Positions 6,626-10,521 of a stretch of 10,521 bases of DNA are shown here, one piece after another (the stretch's first letter is position 1; the number at the start of each line of letters is the position of its first letter). Below the pieces are notes generated by a model, which worked only from the letters and a program-made list of their open reading frames with translations, was not told the DNA's origin and searched no databases. The position numbers were made by a program, and so were the translations under genes. Origin of the DNA: a virus; UHGV virus genome UHGV-0062500, one strand, 5' to 3'.

Positions 6626-6928
6626 CTAAAAGAAACTTCTTTCACAATTTTTTCCACTGAACCAGGCGCTCACTGCTTTCTTAGTCTCAGGAGCAGTGTT
6701 ATCCATAAACCATTCAAAGGCAGCCTTTTTATGATTCTGGAGGGCTTCTCGGGCTTTAATCTGCTCACGGTCTATTAACACTAACATATGAGCCTTTCTT
6801 GTCACCAGGGGCTTTTTATGATTTTTTGAATATTCCCAATCATTTGTCCATCGCATCGTTGTTGCGAATTGAAGTACAGCTTCTTTAATCTTAGTTTCGT
6901 AAATTTCACGAGCCTTTGAGTATAACAT
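6626..6928 (-). CDS. Hypothetical protein, about 100 aa
   Basis: ATG at 6928-6926 is preceded by GGAGG (spacing 5); the track ATG at 6940 has no SD. TAG at 6628-6626. Confidence 0.6.
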   Translation of the reverse strand: MLYSKAREIYETKIKEAVLQFATTMRWTNDWEYSKNHKKPLVTRKAHMLVLIDREQIKAREALQNHKKAAFEWFMDNTAPETKKAVSAWFSGKNCERSFF

Positions 6929-7010
6929 CACTACCTCCATTTACCGGTTTAATTCTAGTCATCTTTTTAATGGCAGTCCATATAATCTATTTCTGAACTT
7001 CCTTTTTGTC

Positions 7011-7729
7011 TTAGGATTCTTCTAAATGTCTTTTCTGAAAAGTTGATACCATACTACGATACGGTTCATTTGGATATCCGTGTTTTATAGCTTCCTTTGT
7101 AAATTTTCTCCATCCATATTTAGTTTCTTTCCAAAGCTCGAATAATTCATCTTCATACTGCCATATAGTTAAATGAGAACGCTTTGCAGCTTTAATTCCA
7201 TTAATATGCTTTTCTTTTACTGTAGGATTACTTAGTTTCTTTTTAATAATATTACTAACTTTTCTAACAAAAACTGGGTCCTTATATCGTTGCGAAGTTT
7301 TTATTGAAGTGTTTAATTTAGCTTCCGGCGTGGATGTGACCTCTTTCATCTTTTTCTTCATATGTTGTATATGATTAGGATTTTTCCATAAATTTATAGA
7401 ATGCTTTTTGCATTTTATCCTAGTTTCATCTGCAACCTTTCCTCCTTCACCCCCGTATGACAGGTTAACACAGTTTTTTCCATATTTCAATTTACCTGCC
7501 ATGATATATAATATTTCAGCTTGTACCATTTTATCATAATTATCAAAAACTTCTAAAACCGTTTTTGATAATATGTGGTCATTTGACACTTTTACACGTT
7601 CTATATAATTTCCACTACCAACATACGAATCATTGATGTTATTAGTTATATGTCGACCATAATAGTATTTCTTAATACCTGTCTTTAAATTTAATATTTC
7701 AGTTTTATAGATAGTAAAATATTTTTCAT
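7011..7729 (-). pseudogene. Seg-like GIY-YIG homing endonuclease, about 239 codons, disrupted by a 1-nt frameshift at an A5 run immediately after the start codon
   Basis: ATG at 7729-7727 overlaps the ATPase stop (ATGA) but that frame stops after 12 codons. The adjacent frame is open for 46 codons (7730-7590) with no ATG/GTG/TTG and joins the 192-aa track ORF. With six instead of five A at 7726-7722 the protein would read MKKYFTIYKTEILNLKTGIKKYYYGRHITNNINDSYVGSGNYIERVKVSNDH..., GIY-YIG-like and alignable to I-TevI NNKVYVGSAKDFEKRWKRH. The C-terminal half has repeated NUMOD-like basic motifs. Locally AT-rich, with no SD before the GTG at 7589. Confidence 0.45.
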
Positions 7730-8694
7730 TTTAATAATACCGTTTCAGCAATTTCTTCCCAACCGTTTTTGTCGGTCATAATAAAGTCAGCAAGATAAAG
7801 CGCAGTACGCAGTGAAACATTGCGTAAACGATTAACATTGACTTTCATCCATGATAATGCTTTATAAGTTTCTTCATCAGAAAGACCGCGCTTTTGCATC
7901 ATGTCAGTTGAAAGAATAACATCTTCAACCCTGACCATAATTTCTTCATTAGTGTGAACACCCAAATCCAAATAAACTGAGCGGGACACTAATGCTTGTA
8001 AATGTGGAGCAAGTTTAGTACCACGGTCTAATTCGCGGTCAATGTCAACGTTTGTGATAAAAACAATCGTTCCTTTAAATTCAAACTCACGCTCAATGCC
8101 TTTTTCTTCTAAGTAAGAAGATGCAGTGCTCCAGCAGACTTTACGGGTCTCTCCAGTGTCCAGAGCAGCTTTCAGAAGATTAAGAATGTCCATATCAGAG
8201 AAAACATCCACATCATCAATCAAAAGGACAGAATTCTCTTCACGATTATTCCAAAGCTGCTCATAAAGACCGATACCAGAGATTTTACCATTAATGCTTT
8301 TATACTCAATGTATCCAATATCATTTGCTTTATTTAAAGCTTTATCTAAAGAATACGTTTTACCAATGCCTGCTGCTCCTGAGATAATTAATGAACGAAT
8401 GTTTCCGTTAATAATACCATTCGTCATCATTCCCATAACATTAAATCTTTTATTAATGCGGGTTTTCATATCTTCATATGATTCTTTAACTTCTTCAACT
8501 TTTACACCATCATATGAAATGTCTGATTTGTAAACCCAAACACCGCGACGCTTACCGTCAATTTCAACAAAAACTTTACCATCTCCTTGCGCATCTACCG
8601 GAGCATTATCTGGGAACCATTCGCCTAAGAGCTCAAAAGTTCCAGAGATTTCTTTACCGAAGTAAATACCCTTATTGATAGTTACAGTTTTCAT
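7726..8694 (-). CDS. P-loop (AAA+-like) ATPase, 322 aa
   Basis: Track ORF starts at 8811 and reads through a terminator and promoter. The real start is ATG 8694-8692 with GGAG 7 nt upstream. Walker A ISGAAGIGKTYS, Walker B VLLIDDVD, sensor-1-like FITNVD; about 100-aa N-terminal domain before the P-loop. Confidence 0.8.
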   Translation of the reverse strand: MKTVTINKGIYFGKEISGTFELLGEWFPDNAPVDAQGDGKVFVEIDGKRRGVWVYKSDISYDGVKVEEVKESYEDMKTRINKRFNVMGMMTNGIINGNIRSLIISGAAGIGKTYSLDKALNKANDIGYIEYKSINGKISGIGLYEQLWNNREENSVLLIDDVDVFSDMDILNLLKAALDTGETRKVCWSTASSYLEEKGIEREFEFKGTIVFITNVDIDRELDRGTKLAPHLQALVSRSVYLDLGVHTNEEIMVRVEDVILSTDMMQKRGLSDEETYKALSWMKVNVNRLRNVSLRTALYLADFIMTDKNGWEEIAETVLLK

Positions 8695-8728
8695 TTTATT
8701 CTCCAAATCCGTATCAGTTGATAGTTGT

Positions 8729-8757
8729 ATAGTACCATAAAGCTTTATGCTTGTAAA
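8729..8757 (-). promoter_or_regulatory. Sigma70-type early promoter upstream of the ATPase gene
   Basis: Minus strand TTTACA (8757-8752) - 17 nt - TGgTACTAT (8734-8729), with an A/T-rich block upstream. Sits just downstream of the terminator, followed by the GGAG SD and ATG at 8694. Confidence 0.6.
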
Positions 8758-8777
8758 CAACTTTGTGAAAAATTTTT

Positions 8778-8806
8778 GAAATAAAAAGGGAGCCCGAAGG
8801 CTCCCT
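8778..8806 (-). terminator. Rho-independent terminator after the nucleotidyltransferase gene
   Basis: Minus-strand RNA GGGAGCC-UUCG-GGCUCCC (7-bp GC-rich stem, UUCG tetraloop) followed by UUUUUAUUUC, starting 2 nt after the TGA at 8810-8808. Confidence 0.8.
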
Positions 8807-8807
8807 A

Positions 8808-9821
8808 TCATTTATAATAACTTCGATGGTTTTCAAGATAGACCTTCTCAAGGAAGTCATCCCAGAAACTCATGTCTACTTTTTGTTGCATACCGTTCTT
8901 AGAAGCTTCAGTAGATGCTGCTTCTACTTGATCGACCACATCTTCCAAAAACTCTTGGACTGTTTTAAATGGATGTTTACCCAACTTCACGTCGAGAATA
9001 AATGGAGCATCTTGGAGTGGATAAATCAAGTCGCCAGTTTTGTAAATTTCCAATAGTTGAAGTCCACCACGACAAGCATGGCTCAGAGCTTTCCAGTCAA
9101 TACCTTCATTGGCTTCAGCCTTACGAGCACGTTCACCATATTCAGCATCTAATTTGTTCAGTGACTGCTTAAGCTCAATAAGAGAAAGCGTTGTCTGATA
9201 TTTACGACCCAACACAGTGTAGAACGTTTGTGGGCCTGTTTTCTCATGATTATGGAACACCCATTCACAGAATTCGTTTTCTGGAAGACGATGCTTAATA
9301 TCTTCAACTTTAGTGCGACGCTGCTTAATAGAACCATCTTCTTGGTAATCAACCCATTGCTCAGGGATTTGATTAACTACTTTCAATACATCACGTAATG
9401 CAGCCAAACGAGAACCCTTGACACCGTATTTAGAAGCTTGCTTACGGACATATCCTAAATATGATTTCATGTTAGTCGTATAAAAACGAGAACGGTTGTC
9501 TTGAATAAACTTCCACACATCAGGCAAATCAGATTTAACCACTAGTTCAGGTGGAGTGTGAAGCATATCTAATGCTACAGTTTCACCATCTGCTGCTAAT
9601 TTAAAGAAATATTTAAGACTGTATAGTTCATGGTCAATATCATCTTTAGTGTTTTTAGATGATGTGTTGTTAGTGTTTTTACTCATATGCTCTTTAACAT
9701 TTCCGATAAGAATATCGCGAGCAGAAGGAACAAAGATTTCTTTAAAATCTACATCAGATTCTGGGGTAGAAGTTCCATAAAGATGACTACCAAAATAGCT
9801 TTTCATTACTGTTTTCATCAT
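8808..9821 (-). CDS. Predicted Pol-beta-superfamily nucleotidyltransferase, 337 aa
   Basis: ATG at 9821-9819 overlaps the upstream TGA. N-terminal YFGSHLYGTSTPESDVDF is a canonical minimal-NTase motif (G-S-x10-D-x-D), with a candidate third acidic residue in TVALDML. C-terminal about 250 aa is helical. Intrinsic terminator immediately downstream. Confidence 0.75.
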   Translation of the reverse strand: MMKTVMKSYFGSHLYGTSTPESDVDFKEIFVPSARDILIGNVKEHMSKNTNNTSSKNTKDDIDHELYSLKYFFKLAADGETVALDMLHTPPELVVKSDLPDVWKFIQDNRSRFYTTNMKSYLGYVRKQASKYGVKGSRLAALRDVLKVVNQIPEQWVDYQEDGSIKQRRTKVEDIKHRLPENEFCEWVFHNHEKTGPQTFYTVLGRKYQTTLSLIELKQSLNKLDAEYGERARKAEANEGIDWKALSHACRGGLQLLEIYKTGDLIYPLQDAPFILDVKLGKHPFKTVQEFLEDVVDQVEAASTEASKNGMQQKVDMSFWDDFLEKVYLENHRSYYK

Positions 9822-10521
9822 TCAGCCTTATATTCAATAACAGGACATACTTTAGCTTTACGAGCTTTTAAAAATTCAACGATAATCGATTTCTTGGGTT
9901 GAATAGGAGGTAAACCTTTATACGCCCTATCAATATTTTCTACGTGTAAAGCATAATCCTTTTTCCATTTATAATCTTTATATTTTTCATGCAAATGTGC
10001 AGGAATAACAAATGAACCGATAATAAGTAAAACAACCAAAAGCGCAAGTATAAATGCTGATGGAAGAAGAGTCCATAAACTACCGAAAATAAGCCAACGT
10101 TGTAGGCTTTCTGCACAAATAATTGTTAGCCCTACGAGTATAGCACACCCAAAAATAGAAACGAAAAATGTAGGAATGGCAATAGACCAAAAATATGCGC
10201 ATAGTGTCTTAGGTCGTTGCCATTCATCGTTAAACAGTTTGAATAATTTATAGTGCCAAGAGTTTTCATTAATAATCATAATTATCCTTTCATTGAAGGT
10301 GTAACAGTTGTTAATCATAGCTTCAGCTTCTGATTTTGATAATGAAATTTCTCCATTGTTTTGACGAATAGAAATAAAATCCGGATGACGGTCACCACCA
10401 GCTTTTAAAACACACATATAAGTATCAGTTTCACCTTCAATATTTGAAATGATTGAAGCAGTTCCACATGAATGCGGTTTTTGATAAATCAATACAGCTT
10501 TTCTTCCGCCATTTGACTGCT
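9818..10521 (-). CDS. Predicted membrane protein (two transmembrane helices), C-terminal 234 codons; 5' end outside window
   Basis: The track start at 10492 is TTG and the frame is open to the window edge, so the gene is 5'-truncated. Hydrophobic segments YFWSIAIPTFFVSIFGCAILVGLTIICA and LIFGSLWTLLPSAFILALLVVLLIIGSFVI. TGA at 9820-9818 overlaps the NTase ATG. Confidence 0.6.
   Translation of the reverse strand, partial: QSNGGRKAVLIYQKPHSCGTASIISNIEGETDTYMCVLKAGGDRHPDFISIRQNNGEISLSKSEAEAMINNCYTFNERIIMIINENSWHYKLFKLFNDEWQRPKTLCAYFWSIAIPTFFVSIFGCAILVGLTIICAESLQRWLIFGSLWTLLPSAFILALLVVLLIIGSFVIPAHLHEKYKDYKWKKDYALHVENIDRAYKGLPPIQPKKSIIVEFLKARKAKVCPVIEYKAE

Noticed and set aside
7011-7589. Treating the 192-aa GTG-initiated ORF as an intact stand-alone gene
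   Set aside because: No SD before the GTG, and the frame stays open 46 codons upstream with endonuclease-like sequence up to an ATG that overlaps the preceding stop. A frameshifted longer gene explains this better.
7726-8811. Track N-termini of the 361-, 195-, 325-, 302-, 167- and 127-aa ORFs
   Set aside because: Those starts are TTG codons and the extensions run through promoters, a terminator or upstream genes. The 361- and 195-aa extensions even share the peptide GTIQLST because both read through the same promoter sequence. Downstream ATGs with clear SD motifs were used instead.
9158-9352. 64-aa minus-strand ORF inside the nucleotidyltransferase gene
   Set aside because: Embedded entirely within a longer, motif-bearing gene in a different frame; no independent start signal.
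11-9902. All plus-strand ORFs in the track (11..226, 1048..1461, 2360..2620, 2729..2965, 3239..3430, 3427..3615, 3755..3937, 6590..6778, 8294..8533, 8826..9056, 9687..9902)
   Set aside because: Each lies antisense to a well-supported minus-strand gene, has no convincing SD/ATG context, and gives low-complexity F/I/L/S-rich translations typical of shadow ORFs in AT-rich DNA.
1-10521. tRNA, rRNA, CRISPR array, integrase/transposase or attachment-site repeats
   Set aside because: No cloverleaf-compatible segments, no regularly spaced repeats, and no recombinase-like ORFs; the only repeats are the 53-nt and 22-nt direct repeats near pin.

Overview
This window reads as a T4-type (Tevenvirinae) phage early-gene region, with every credible gene on the minus strand: 5' end of nrdD, gene 49 (endonuclease VII), a small ORF, pin, two or three small ORFs, nrdC, then about eleven tightly packed genes of the poorly characterised 'nrdC.x' block. 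Identifications rest on my recollection of T4 protein sequences and motifs; no database search was possible. The gene array is compact, with ATGA stop/start overlaps and Shine-Dalgarno sites 4-9 nt upstream of ATG starts. Several ORF-track N-termini are artefacts of TTG/GTG starts that run through promoters, so I re-called those starts. Regulatory signals visible on the minus strand: four sigma70-like early promoters, one MotA-type middle-promoter candidate, one clean intrinsic terminator, and the RBS-sequestering hairpin in front of gene 49. Most interesting observations: (1) a seg-like GIY-YIG homing-endonuclease gene whose ATG overlaps the upstream stop but is out of frame by one nucleotide at an A5 run; (2) a Pol-beta-type nucleotidyltransferase co-transcribed with a membrane protein and followed by a P-loop ATPase; (3) two tandem paralogous proteins, and a third neighbour, all ending in coiled-coil tails; (4) a duplicated pin 3' end that forms the C-terminus of a 58-aa ORF. 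No tRNA, rRNA, CRISPR, integrase or transposase was seen.
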